Assembly: GCF_009914755.1 (NCBI RefSeq)
Contig: NC_060936.1
DNA from: the human T2T-CHM13v2.0 reference genome, Homo sapiens
DNA length: 64,000 nt
Direction: 5' to 3' (one strand)
Made by a program: the position numbers and the translations under genes. Numbering within the stretch: the first letter of the stretch is position 1; each line of letters begins with the position of its first letter. The notes below the pieces were generated by a model. That model saw only the letters and a program-made list of their open reading frames with translations, did not search any database and was not told the origin of the DNA. Below, piece by piece: positions 1 to 14,673 of this stretch.

Positions 1-290
<290 letters not shown>

Positions 291-2209
291 TAAAATGCTT
301 TTACATTTATTCTCTGGAAATATTTCAGGGCTCACAAAACCTCGTGTGGTAGTCATTGTTCTTGTTATTAGCCACTTCTACTCCCATTAGCCAATGACAG
401 ATGTCCTCTGAGGCTCGAAGCAGGTAGGTGACCTACTTAAGATGACACAGGCAGCAAGCAGTACAGTCAAAACCTGAACCTCATGCTTTTTCCTGCTACA
501 AATACAGATTTGTTGTCCCAGTCTGCTTTTAGAATTTTTCTCTTTGTCTTTAATACCCTATAGTTCACCAAAGAGTGTCTAGTGGTGGATGTGGTTGTTA
601 TTTACCATCACTACTCTGAACTCAGTGTGCCTCTTCCACCTGGGGAAGAGTGTTTTTCCTCAGTTTAGCAAGTTCTCACCCACATTCCTCCACATATGGC
701 CTCTATTCCAGTCTCCCTAGCCTTTCCTTCTAGAATTCAGTTAGACACTGCGGGACCTTCTCAGCCTGTCCTCCAAGCTTTTCATGACTCATCCAAATTC
801 TTCTTCTTTGTATCTCTCTGTGCTATATTCTGGGTGGTTTCCTCAGATCTCTCCTCCAGAGCCCTAATTCTCTCCTCATCTTTACACAATGTGCTAGCTC
901 ATTCTTTTCAGAATCTACCTTTATTCACACTATCTGTCCTTCCATTAGGGTTTCTCTACCCTCTTATCTTTTGGGTCATTTCACACACACTTCCTGCATT
1001 GTCTCTGGCAGGTTGTTCCTGAATACTAGTAGCCTACGTGTCCCCTCAAGGTAGCTTCATTCTAAGTCCATCCTCAGTGGAAACTATTTACTGCAAGAAG
1101 ACCTCACTTGCCCAGGGTTAGGAGAGTATCCCTACTGAGTGATTTTGCATGTGTTTCCAATGGGTAGTTTGTCTTCCACATTCTGCGCAAATTTCTCTAC
1201 TTGGGGAGAAATCTGGATCTCTTATAAAGTGACCAATTTAACTCAAAGGACATTTTTTTGTGCATGTCAGTTTCTCTGCAAGGATCTCAGTCTAGAGAAA
1301 ATGAAATAAATAAAACATTCCCATAAGAGATATTGTAAATAAAATGCCTATCCCAGAGAGTAAAACATGGTAAATATTAACCCAATGCTAACTGTCTCCC
1401 TTTTCCATTGCAGTAAGCAGCAATCTTCACTTGGGCTGGTGCTCTGAGAATCCCTCCGTCTCTCTCCAGCTTTTAATCCTTTATTAAGGCCGTTTTTCAC
1501 CATTATGAGAATGAATGGTTATACATTGTTCAAAATAAATGCCATTTTAAAATTATTTTTATTATTATAATTATGTACCAATTATGAAATTGATTTGGGC
1601 AAGCTTTTAATGACTAGTTTTAGCTTTCTGTGATTCTCTATAGATTCCATTAATCCTTCTTTTGTAAGAGTTGAGTTATAATCAATCTCTTACTAGGATC
1701 AATTTCTCATTTGAGGAAATTATCAAGCTATTTCAAAAATTATACTTAGGAGTTCTAAGACAATTGTCAGTTATTACACACCATCAAATTGCTATTTTAA
1801 AAAGTAAGCTAACACATCATTGCCACACTCCTGGAGAGTTTACAAAGATAAATTAAAAATCTAACAATGCAACACTATAACATTTATAACTGTCAGAGAA
1901 GTATATAAATAAATACTGTTCAGCTGCATTTACTGGCTTGACAAGTAGCCTTTCACAGTTAATTACCAAGATTTCCTTTTAACAGATAGACCATTGTCTG
2001 GCAAAACAAAAATCAAAACTATTCTTTCATTGTAAATCCCTCAATATGTAAAAGAAAAACAATGGAAAAATTGTTGAAAGAATTTTCAGTGAACATATTT
2101 ATATCTGAAAGTTTCACATTGAATAAAGTTTTAACATTACTTACTTTGAGACATAAAAATAATCCTCCCTCTTAGCTCACACAATTAAAAAAATATATGT
2201 ATTTCTTAC

Positions 2210-2280
2210 CTCTGAACTTCTTGGGAGGGTTGGCAAGGTCCCCGGCCTCTGGGTGCACCACACATCTGTCATCCACTAAC
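2210..2280 (-). CDS. ITPR2: ITPR2 coding exon 2 (71 nt)
   Basis: Acceptor cttttccttctag|G and donor AGAG|GTAAGA. Phase matches exon 1 (GG+G=Gly31). Translates [23 protein letters not shown], continuing the IP3R suppressor domain. Confidence 0.98.
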
Positions 2281-2637
2281 CTAGAAGGAAAAGCATGTTT
2301 ACATTGTTAACATCCTTGTCATATTCATAAACCACAGACTGCACATGGATATTGCATAAATATTTACCAAAAGTTTTAATACCTTTCTTCACTAAGTAAC
2401 TTTTTAACAATCATGGGTCTGTAAAAAGATTTGGTTGTAGAGATGTTAATTAAAGCCTGGTTTATGAAATTGAAACATTGGAAACATTGTTAAGAGGTAG
2501 GAAACTAGTTAGATAACTCATGACATGGAACACTGTGGAGCTGTTTAAAACTACATTAAACAAAATGCACTGGCCTGCAAAATGTTTACAGTATGTAGTG
2601 AATGTAGTGGTAACCAATCAATAAGATACATATATGC

Positions 2638-2640
<3 letters not shown>

Positions 2641-2671
<31 letters not shown>
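2641..2671. repeat. (CA)n microsatellite
   Basis: About 15 CA units. Confidence 0.95.
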
Positions 2672-2673
<2 letters not shown>

Positions 2674-4401
2674 CTACACATACATATATAAGGAATGGAA
2701 CACAGCAAAACATTAAGAGTGGTCAGATTACCCATAGTTTTTATTTTCCTGTCTTATTTTTCCCGGTGTGTATGTATGTTTTACAGGGAATGTGTAAGCT
2801 TATGAGATCAGGCTTCTGGAGTGCCCATAGAGTAGGTGGTTATGCCTTCCTGGCCTGCATTCAATCTCTGGCTTGGCCACTTCCTAGCTAGGTGACTTCA
2901 GGCCTCCTTCTTTATACCTAAACAATAAGGATAAAAATATCTACCTCACAGTATTGTTAGAAAGATTAAATGACTTAGTATTTTTAAAGTACCTAGTACA
3001 ACTTCTGGCAGTTTCCATTTAATGGACAAATAAAATCAAGAATCTTGTGTCTTCACATATTCTCTGCTTCTAGAAGAGTGCCTGACACACTACAAGTGCT
3101 CAACAAATATAAGTAAAATGAATAAACTGCCTTTGTAGCTACAACAACATGTTTAATCTCTATTAAAATATTTATGAGAAGACAATTTGTAGGACAATTT
3201 CAAGACAGAGAAGCTGAATCTCTGAACTGAGAGCCAGGAGACATGAATCCCCTGTTCAAAGAGAAAGATCTCTTAATACCAGACTCACTAACATTCATTT
3301 CTCCATTGGTTACGTGGTGTGAATACCCAGGTTTTTTTCCAGAATATTGTGAGAATGCATGTTAATTAATTACATGTATATGAATTCATTTAAAGGGAGA
3401 TGCCCAAATTGCAACCTTGTGGTTTAAAAAAAAAAAAGAAGAAGAGGAAGTATTAACCAGACTCACTAGCATGCATCAACTCCAGCACAGGAGTTGAACT
3501 AGGATGACTGACTTAATCAAAATGAAACTTTTGGTTCCTAGTTTATCTAGTTACTGGAAGCAGACACTTCCTAAATCAACAGATTTTTCTGTGGAATCCA
3601 ATTTCCACAAAACAAAATGCTGATTTGGTCAAGAAATACAGTTCCTTGATTTTTTTAATATACCCTTCATTCACACTGGTTTACTAAAATGTGGTTTTAC
3701 AAGAGCTGCCAGGCATGCAAGAAATTCCTTTTAAGAGTCTCTAGAAACTGATTTATTAGAAACAGGAAGTCACATTGGGTCAAGAGAAAGCAAACCCAAA
3801 CTTCCACAATGTCCAACTTCAGCCTGTAACATTGAATCTGAAAGGCTCCAATAGTTGTGATAATATTACAACGTAAGATGTAAATAAAAGTGCTGTGAGG
3901 GAAAGGTCAGCTTTTCTAATTGGTTAAGACATGTTAAGAATTCAAATACAATGGTCAAAAAATCATAGTCTTATTTACAGCACATAAAAATTACATAATG
4001 TAAAAATTACAAATGACACTGACATTCTATTCATTCCTTGTACCTGTGCATTCCCACAAAAATACAGACTTTTATGAATGTCACTGAGTCCCCGCCTGTG
4101 TGGACCAGCCATCAAGAGGAATGAGAACTGAAGCTATAAATCAGATGACAGTGTATTTATGTGAACACTAATATCTATCCTCAATTATCTGATAGCCCAG
4201 ATAAAAACATAATAATTAAGAGTGACTTCAGTTCTAAAAATTTGTCCTATTCCTTACACAAAAACATCTGTGAAAATCACTAAGGCAGTCATTTCATCCT
4301 GAAGACTTAAAGAATTGGAACTGAATTTGAAGATAATGGAAGGAAGGAAACGACAAGAAGCAGCAAGGAGTCTGAATCTGTTACAAGACATATATGATCA
4401 C

Positions 4402-4463
4402 TGGCATTAAAAGTCAAACAGGATTTTAATGGTAATTGGAATCCTGTTTGACTTTTAATGCCA
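4402..4463. repeat. Perfect 24-bp inverted repeat with 14-nt spacer
   Basis: TGGCATTAAAAGTCAAACAGGATT (4402-4425) / AATCCTGTTTGACTTTTAATGCCA (4440-4463). Confidence 0.95.
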
Positions 4464-7437
4464 AAATCCTGGAACAACTTCTACAATATCCCCAACAACC
4501 TCTTCTTGAATACTTCCAAGGCCAACTCATTTACCATTTACCATCATTCTGACAGCCCTAATATTAGAAATGTGTTTTATATGGAGGTAAAATAGTACTT
4601 ACTACATTTTCTTCTATCTACTTGCCTAATTGTCTTGAGTCTTCCAATAAATTTTAAGCTCCATGAAGTCAGAGATTGAATCCATCTTGTTTACCATTAT
4701 ATCCTTGGCATCTACTAGAATGAGGTGCAATAGATACTAAATAAATATTTGTTAAATAAATAAATGAGTCAGTGAATAAATGATGTTGGCTTCCCAATTA
4801 ACTCTCCCTCTTTGTTCCCAGTTCTTTCTTCTGGGACTATATAGACTAAGTTTTCTTTTTCTGAGATGGGCAAGCTGATTTCTCTCCAGTGCTTCTCCAT
4901 GTGGATATTTACCAGGAGTTCAACATCCTTCATACACCCCAAGTGCCAGCATCCTCTCACCTGTGATCCTAGAGACTATCCACATGAGTCTAGATGTGCC
5001 CCAATGAGGGCAGAGTACAGAGGACTATTACCTCCTTCTTTCTGATACTAAACTTACAGAAATGCAACCTACAATTTTAGTAGCTCCTGTGGCAGTTAAG
5101 GTTCCCCTCTGACTTTCATTGGGTTTATAGTAAACAATAATTCCAGATCCTTTTCATGTGTACCACTGATAAGCCAGGTTCTCCCACCCACCAGTAGGGC
5201 AGTTAACTTTTATAAGCTAAGGACCAGAATTTACAACCAAATAGGGATAAATACAAAGATTGACCTTTGGTCTATGAGAAGAAAATCATCTGAAAAACAT
5301 TGATCTATTCCATCCCTAGTTAACTCATTTAGACCATGTCATAATTTTGCCCATTTTAACCACTCATGATCAGTGTTCCCCAAATTTGGCTGAATCATTT
5401 GGGGAGTTAAAAATAATAAGGATAACCAAAAAAAAACCTTCCTTTGTCCAGACCTATTAGAATAAAACTTTCTGGGGACGAGGACTGTGTGTTTTAAAAA
5501 GCTTTCTAACCCTCTTTAAATTGAGTAGGAGGATCTGCTCTGCACTCCCACAATACTCTAGGCTATCCTCTACCAATAGACTGTATCACAGCCCAGTATA
5601 ATTTTATAATTTCATGTATATATATATGCAACATCATTATAAGCTCCAAGAGAGTCAGTCCATTTCTGTCTTACTCACCATTATAGGGCCATCTTTAAGC
5701 ATTATGCTTAAAATATAGATGGTGCTAAATAATTAATTGATGAATGATTAAAGTGACATTTAAAATCAGTGATGCTATTTTTGGTAGTTAACATAAACAA
5801 TAAAATAACTAGAAGCAATAAACAGTCAACTAATAGGAGACGAAAGAGAGATTTGGAAATATTCCCTATGTAGGTATGTCCCAGAAAATTATCAAAAATA
5901 TCATATCCTGAAAAAGGCCAAGAGAGCCTGCCCTAAAAAACAATATCTCAGGTAGCACCTTTCAATCCAATTCATCAGTGCACATCTTAATGGGCTACAT
6001 TTATTTTTCTTAGAACTAACTAGTGAGTAAGCCAAACAGGCAATTATAGCAATAGCCTAAAATTCTCAATTTTTTTACTAAAACTCATCTAACATAAAAC
6101 CTGTTGTTTTTCCTACCTATCTTCTCTTCATAAGGTCATAACTGTAAATTATTTGTTCAAATTTACTTACAAGAAAAAAATCACTCAACAATTAGATCTT
6201 CGAAAGTATAAGGAAAATTTAATAGCTACTTTGATTTTATACATAAGTATGAATTTTGTAAATGTGAATGGAATTTTAACTGGACATAACAAGAGTCTTA
6301 AAAATTCTGTGAGAAGTGTAATATCTACATGAAAAAGTTACGTTTATGCATTAAATTCAAGTCCACTGATACTTTGTCAAAAATAAAGTATACTATTAAT
6401 TATTTTCACAAATGCCAACAGTCAAGAGAAAATGCATCGTTTTCTTATCTATTTTCTACGTTTTTATTGTTTAAGACACTTTATTGCTGTCCATGTCCAG
6501 AAATATAAATGAAATCCATCCATCCAACCTGGCTTCAATCTATAGAAATTAACTGAAATCCATCCTTTGAACACATCTTCAAGTTTCATTTCTTCACTGA
6601 AGCTATATTCCCCGTGATGAGATACTCTTCTGTGAATTCCCAGAGCAATTTTAAGTATCTTCTAGTTTACAAGATATAAGTATGACATACACATTAGTCT
6701 TATCTTCCCAACCAAATGACAACTATAATCTATCAATCACTGATTGCATGCCACATACTGCTCTATATGTTTATAAACATAATTACTAATTTCCAAACAA
6801 TTTTGCAAAATATTTTTCTCTTGCAGATTAGAGAGATCAAATGATATGGTGGAGATGACAGCTCAAGAGCAAAGCCAAGATTTGGACCCAGATCTACAAG
6901 ACCAAAGACTTGGCTCCCTCCTTCTGTTCTACCAGGCTGAACTTGTATTCTCTTACATATCCACATACTCTGCTTTCCAAGTATACATGCATGGTAAAAT
7001 AATGGAGATGTAGTAGACACTCCAATATTTTTTACTGAAATGCTAACTGACTTTTGTCGATGTCTATTCCAGCTTTAGCATCTCATAATTCTATAATTCC
7101 ATTTTTATAGTATCTAAAATTAGAAAGCACAATTGTATACTGAAGTATTTTATAAACATCATTAATTTGCATAATGCCTTCCTGATTTGTGCCATATCTA
7201 GAAACTCAACACCAAAACACATTAAGGTAAGGAAAGGATGAACTATTAAATGATGTTAGGATAATTAGTTGTCTATTTGGGGAAAAATGACATAATCCCT
7301 TCTTCACATAAGAAGTTAATACCACATGAATTAAAGCCTCAAATGTGATAAGTAAAACTATAAAACGTGTAGAATACATGGATGATGATATTTATGAATC
7401 GGAGAGTAGAAAAAATTATTTAAGCCAGACTAAACAA

Positions 7438-7678
7438 AAAGGACAAAACATAAAAGACCGATAAGTTTGTCTACATTAAAAGTAAGACTTCCATCCACCT
7501 AAGGACAATATAGACAATATAAAGGACAAAACGTAAAAGACCGATAAGTTTGTCTACATTAAAAGTAAGACTTCCATCCACCTAAGGACAATATAGACAA
7601 TATAAAGGACAAAACGTAAAAGACCGATAAGTTTGTCTACATTAAAAGTAGGACTTCCATCCACCCAAGGACAATATA
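7438..7678. repeat. 83-bp tandem repeat, about 2.9 near-identical copies
   Basis: GGACAAAAC recurs at 7441, 7524 and 7607 (period 83). Confidence 0.95.
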
Positions 7679-7752
7679 AAGAGACAGAAGAGTCACAAGG
7701 CCACTGCTATGCTTGTGCATTTGTAGAAGCATATTATAAAAAGGGTGGTAGC

Positions 7753-8201
<449 letters not shown>

Positions 8202-8731
8202 TCATTCATACAAAGAAGCCATAAATACTAATGGCATCCCTTAACACACAAGTTACAAACTAGAATATATTTGCTACAAAGGCTTAGTATCAGAAATTTA
8301 TAAGGAATGTCTATGAATCAATAAGAAAAAGACAACCAAACAGAAAAATGCAAAATAACCCAGGAATAAGCCTGAGGAAACACTAATATCTTTTAGAAGT
8401 CCGATAAAATGTTCAACTTCATTTGTAATCAGAAAAAAATTTAAGTCAAATGAAAATCTTACTACATATCCAACAAATTGGTAAAAAGTAAGGTAAGAAA
8501 AAAATTGAAATGTTAGTAAGGTTTTGAATGAATGCAAATTTTCATTCACTGCTATAGAGAGTAGAAATTAGAACAAGCAATTTGGAAAAAATGTGACATT
8601 TAAAAGTTGAACACGGGCATGCCCTTCCATTCACCATTTCTATTTCTAGACACATATATGCTCTACAGAAATCTTACAAACTTGCATCTGAAGACATGTA
8701 CGAACAAGAGTGTTCACGGCAAAACTGTTTA

Positions 8732-9239
<508 letters not shown>

Positions 9240-9733
9240 TTATATAATTCCATTATATAGATGCATATATAGGCTACACTAAACAGCATATATTTTAGGA
9301 ATACACATGGGGTATAAAAAATTAATGTATAAAATATGTGGCTATCAGATTTTTAAATAGATTTCTAAAAGAAAGCAAATAATTCCTTTGTCTCCAGTCC
9401 CTCATTATTCCAACAACTACAAAGAAAATGCCACATAACTGATAAAATATTAGTTGTATCTTTTCTCTGATGAAGCCATAAATGCTATTTCCATCTGGAA
9501 TATATTATAAAATCAGCATATTATTTTCCTGATGTTTGTTTACCACATATATCTGATTCATTTACCACTAAGTGATATAGTTCATTTCTAACAAAATGGC
9601 TCTGAAATGCATTTAAATAAAATGAATTTGGGGAAAGAGAGAAGGTGGGGCATCCACAATTGACATTACTAAAAGCTTTTACTAGAGAGGGGGTTAAGAT
9701 GGTGGATAGATTCATAAGCATCATGGAATTGTC

Positions 9734-10119
<386 letters not shown>

Positions 10120-12888
10120 CTACATGAATTTCTCCCTCAGCTGCAATCTTCTGGCTTCTCACCTAAACTGTCCCTCCACCCCATCAATCTATCACAGGCC
10201 CCCACAACCCTGGCACGTCATTCAACTCCCTCTTTCACCTGCACTTAGAAGCAGCAGTAGAAGAGAAGAAAAAAACCTGACTTCTCATCCTTGACCAGCT
10301 GTGTTTATGCTAGTTACTGAACTTCACTGTGCCGCATTTTTGAAATGGGGCAGCTGTGTTCCCACACGTTCCTCGTATTTCTGTGGTTTCTTGTTTCTCT
10401 GCTCCTGTTTTGTGACTAGAGTTGGCTTGTCATCCTTCACTAGCGCCCTCTGACATGTATCATAATTTATACACTGTAGTTTGAAAGTTTAAGTGTTTAG
10501 CATCTATTTTTTTGAAGCTTACAAATTATTTTATCATTACAAGCTAAATACCAGCACTAAGTGGTTTTGTTCCATTCATTCACCGTAGTCTTAGAACACA
10601 TTATTTTTAAAATGTAATATCTTGCTATTTAGTAATATGCACATTTTTTAACTTAGCCAACACTCAAGTTGCCCAAATAAGAAGTAGATCCCAAGGATGT
10701 TAATTCATGTTTGTATGGTAATTAATTTTTCTCATAATCCAGAATAACTTAAACAGAAATAGAAGTTTCTACAAATGTCCAGTTTTCCACCTTATATCTG
10801 ACAGGTCCTATGGCCACTCCTGTACAAGGCCATAAATAATTCAAATCATTCAAAGAAGGAAGTAATTTCATTGCAAAACTTTCTGCCAAAATGTTTTCTA
10901 ACTTATAAATGCAAAACAGATGCAACATGCCACATTCATTCATGGCTACACTCATATTTTGCCTGTCTATGATGACAAGAGGAGTTAAGTGCACCTTTGT
11001 TTGCCATTTGAAATGTGTGGTTTTATTGATTTTTAAATTTAAACAAATAAATTTAGCATTATCTCCTATTTTTAGACATGTCTAATTTCAATAATGTTGA
11101 CAAACATATATTTTGGTTTAAATATTAAAAGTATGTTTAATTCCATATATAAGTTTTCAATCAAGCATAGGTTTGTTGCTGCCAATATTTCTAAAACTGG
11201 TTTCACTCAGAGTTAGAATTGTGCTTGCTCTTAGGTATTCAAAATATTCCCACTTATTTTTCCATGAAAGACATAATTAACCTATACCCACACATAAATT
11301 ACAGTATAAACACTAAACTTTGAAGTACTACTAAAAATACTGGATGAATCCATACATTTAAAATGTTTTGATGAATGCTATCACCCTGACCAAATGATTT
11401 AATTTAACTATTAACTACCTTTTTAAAATATGGGTATCACATGACTACAAGGAGAATGCTATTTCCAACATATTAATCTTTTCATAAAGCACTGCAAGAA
11501 GCCATCATCTTGTGAAGCGATTATCTTCAGAGTATCAGTACTGGTGAAACTAAGGGGAAAAACAACTAAAAGAGTTACACATAGCCTTTCAAAGAGAAAC
11601 ACATCTATCTGACAATGATTTCAGAGAGGATTTGCCCGTATATTTTGAAAGCTTACAGTCCTAATCCAGCCAAAGAAAAATCATCGTGACTTTTTCTTCT
11701 GGGCTTCTCTTTCTCCATCTAAAATAACTTCCTTTTCTTGATCCTCTTGACCCTGCCTCCTCAACCTCTTTGAACCCAGTGTTATTGCAAGTCAGTTTGT
11801 GAAGCATTTTGTCTGAGCTTGTCCATTACAGTTCTCATGAAAGTCAAAGCATCTGCAAAGTACTTTTCTCAGAATATAAACAGGCATCTCTACCAGTTGA
11901 GATCAATTATTTAGTGGTGGCTGAGCTGACCTTAACTACTACCAGTTCTCAATCACCTGCAAAGAGCCAGAAAATCATTGGTGCTAGTAAAAGTGACTCA
12001 CTAGACAAGTTCAGGTCCAGATCTTTACCACCATCACACTGTCATTCCTATCTGAGTTTTCACCACCTGGTTGACACCAATTTGCAGGTGCTCTCAGGAA
12101 AAAAGGCCATACAAATCAGAAACCCACCTAGTCTCACTCTCTTCTTCCAAGTACAGACACCTCCCCCACCCCAGGTTTCTGTCTGCTTTTGGTCACTCTC
12201 CAGTGGCTACACATAGCTGTTTTTTATATTTTGTCCAGAATTTACAGTTGTGATCAAGAAAAAACTTTCCATTCAAAAAAAAAGACCAAAAAAAGTTTTA
12301 TACTTGATATACTACAGATTAAATTCAAAGAAATATGAACTCAAATATTTTAAAAATTACTAATAACACAAGGAAACAAGTTACTATGCATGAGTCACCA
12401 AAAACAACAACAAATATTGTAATTATCAACTAAAAAATATAAAATAACTATTATGAAATGTTTAAAGAAATGGAAGATAAATTTTATAAACAGGGCAAGG
12501 AGGAAGAACACATCAAAAATGGTCAGATAGCTTGGCATGGTGGTACACCCCTGTAGTCCCAGCTACTTGGGAGGCTGAGGCAGGGGGATTGCTTGAGCCC
12601 AGGAGTCTGAGTTGAGCCTGGGCAACATAGCAAGACCCTATCATTTTAAAAAATATGGCCAGATAGATTTAGTAAAGAATTCCTAGGAATGAAAAATAAT
12701 TATTGAATAAGTAAGTGGACTGAAGACAGTAAATCAGACACAGCTAATTAATATCTTAGAAGAAAGGTTTTAATAATTTCTTGGAATGAAGCAGAGGACA
12801 ACAAGGATAGAGAAGATACAAAAGAAGGTTAAGGTATATAAAGGGCTGGATGAGAAGGTTACCATGCATATATAGTTAGCATCCATAG

Positions 12889-13949
12889 CCATTGTGGCTA
12901 TGGATGGGTTCGCCTTGGGTGGAGGCCTGGAGCTTGCCCTGGCCTGCGACCTCCAAGTGGCAGCTTCCTCGAAAGTCATGGAACTGATTGAGAGACCACT
13001 CGAGGGCTCCTCCCAGGGACAGGAGGTACTCAGAGGCTGCCACACTGCCTGGGGGTGGCCCTGGTGAAGGAGCTCATCTTCACAGGCCGACGACTGAGTG
13101 GGCACTGGGGTTGGTGAATCATGCTGTGGCCTAAAACGAGGAGGGTGATGTCGCCTACCACTGGGCACAAGCACTGGCCCAGGAGGTCCTGCCCCAGGTC
13201 CCCATTGCCATGCAGCTGGGCAAAGTAGCCACTGACCAAGGCATGGACGTGGACATTGCATCAGGGATGGCCACTGAAGGGATATTTTATGCCCAGAACA
13301 TTCCAACCTGGGACTGGCTGGAAACATGGCAGAGAGAACCAACCCCCAAAATTTGTTGGCAAATGATCCCCATTTAACCTTCAGCATGGGAGATACACAC
13401 CTTGAAACAACAGGATCCAGAAGGAAAATTTGCATCAGGACTGCCCTCATCATTTCATCTCTCTGGGCTTCGGTTCCTCCATAAGGATGATGATAGATAT
13501 GATATGATTGGCATTATGCCTGGAACCAAGATGCTGACCATACCACCTACTGCTACCTTCCTTGATGTCACCCTAGGGTTGGGTTTGCTTTGGAGGATGC
13601 CTGTCTCTCTCTACTCAAATGAAGAAGAATTAAAATAGATCCCTCTGGGTCTTTGTATCATTGGTTCTCAGGCCCTGACCTCTCTCTCAGTCATCAGGCG
13701 CTAACTAGAGATGTCAAGAGATTTTAAGATACCCCTAGTTTTTTCCTCTGGACAATAGAGATAATAAACTCTGGTATTGGTTGTACATGTGCCAAAAGTC
13801 AGACTGCAGATGCCAGTTCTTTGCCAGTTACTCACTGTATAACTTTGGACAAATTGTTTAAACTCTGGGCCTCAGCATTCTCATCTGCAAAATGAAACTG
13901 CTGTAAGGATTTAACAAAATAAAAATACTTCATGTTAAAAAAAAAAAAA
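12889..13949 (+). pseudogene. 5'-truncated processed pseudogene of ECHDC2 (enoyl-CoA hydratase domain-containing 2)
   Basis: Intronless pieces translate [21 protein letters not shown] / [36 protein letters not shown] / LGLVNHAVA*NEEGD..ALAQEVLPQVPIA..DIASGMA..YAQNIPT..KFVGK* (stop 13364-13366), the crotonase-family ECHDC2 C-terminal half. It has a 2-nt insertion at ~12993, an in-frame TAA at 13132, deletions, a 3' UTR, AATAAA at 13918-13923 and an A13 tail at 13937-13949. Confidence 0.9.
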
Positions 13950-14307
13950 GCTAGATTTTGTAGTTGGATTAAAAAATCCAGCCATAGGCTATTTACAAGA
14001 GTCATACCTAGAATATAAGGACAGAACAAAACAAAGCAGGAAAATACTAGCCAAAGGAAGGTATGGGCCAGGGGTAGTAGCTTATGCCTGTAATCCCAGT
14101 GCTTTGGGAAGGTGAGGTGAGAGGATCACTTGAGGCAAGGAGTTAAAGATCAGCCTTGGGCAACATTGCAAGACCCTGTCTCTACAAAAAATTTAAAAAT
14201 TAGCCTGGCATATTGCATGCACCTGTGGTCCCAGCTACTCAAAGGCTGAGGAGGGAGGATCAGTTGAGCCTGGGAAGTGGAGGCTATAAGCAGCTATGAT
14301 CATGTCA

Positions 14308-14535
<228 letters not shown>

Positions 14536-14593
14536 TTAATATACATAGCCAACTATTTCCTCCTAGGAATGTTTCTCAACAAACTGCAGAGGA

Positions 14594-14673
14594 GATATAT
14601 ATATATCTATATATAGATATAGATATAGATATAGATATACAGATAGATATAGATAGATATCTATATATACATA
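14594..14673. repeat. (AT)/(AGATAT)n low-complexity repeat
   Basis: Seen directly in the sequence. Confidence 0.85.

Noticed and set aside
7438-7678. CRISPR-like periodicity (also at 43675-43885)
   Set aside because: Head-to-tail tandem units with no unique spacers, in a eukaryotic context.
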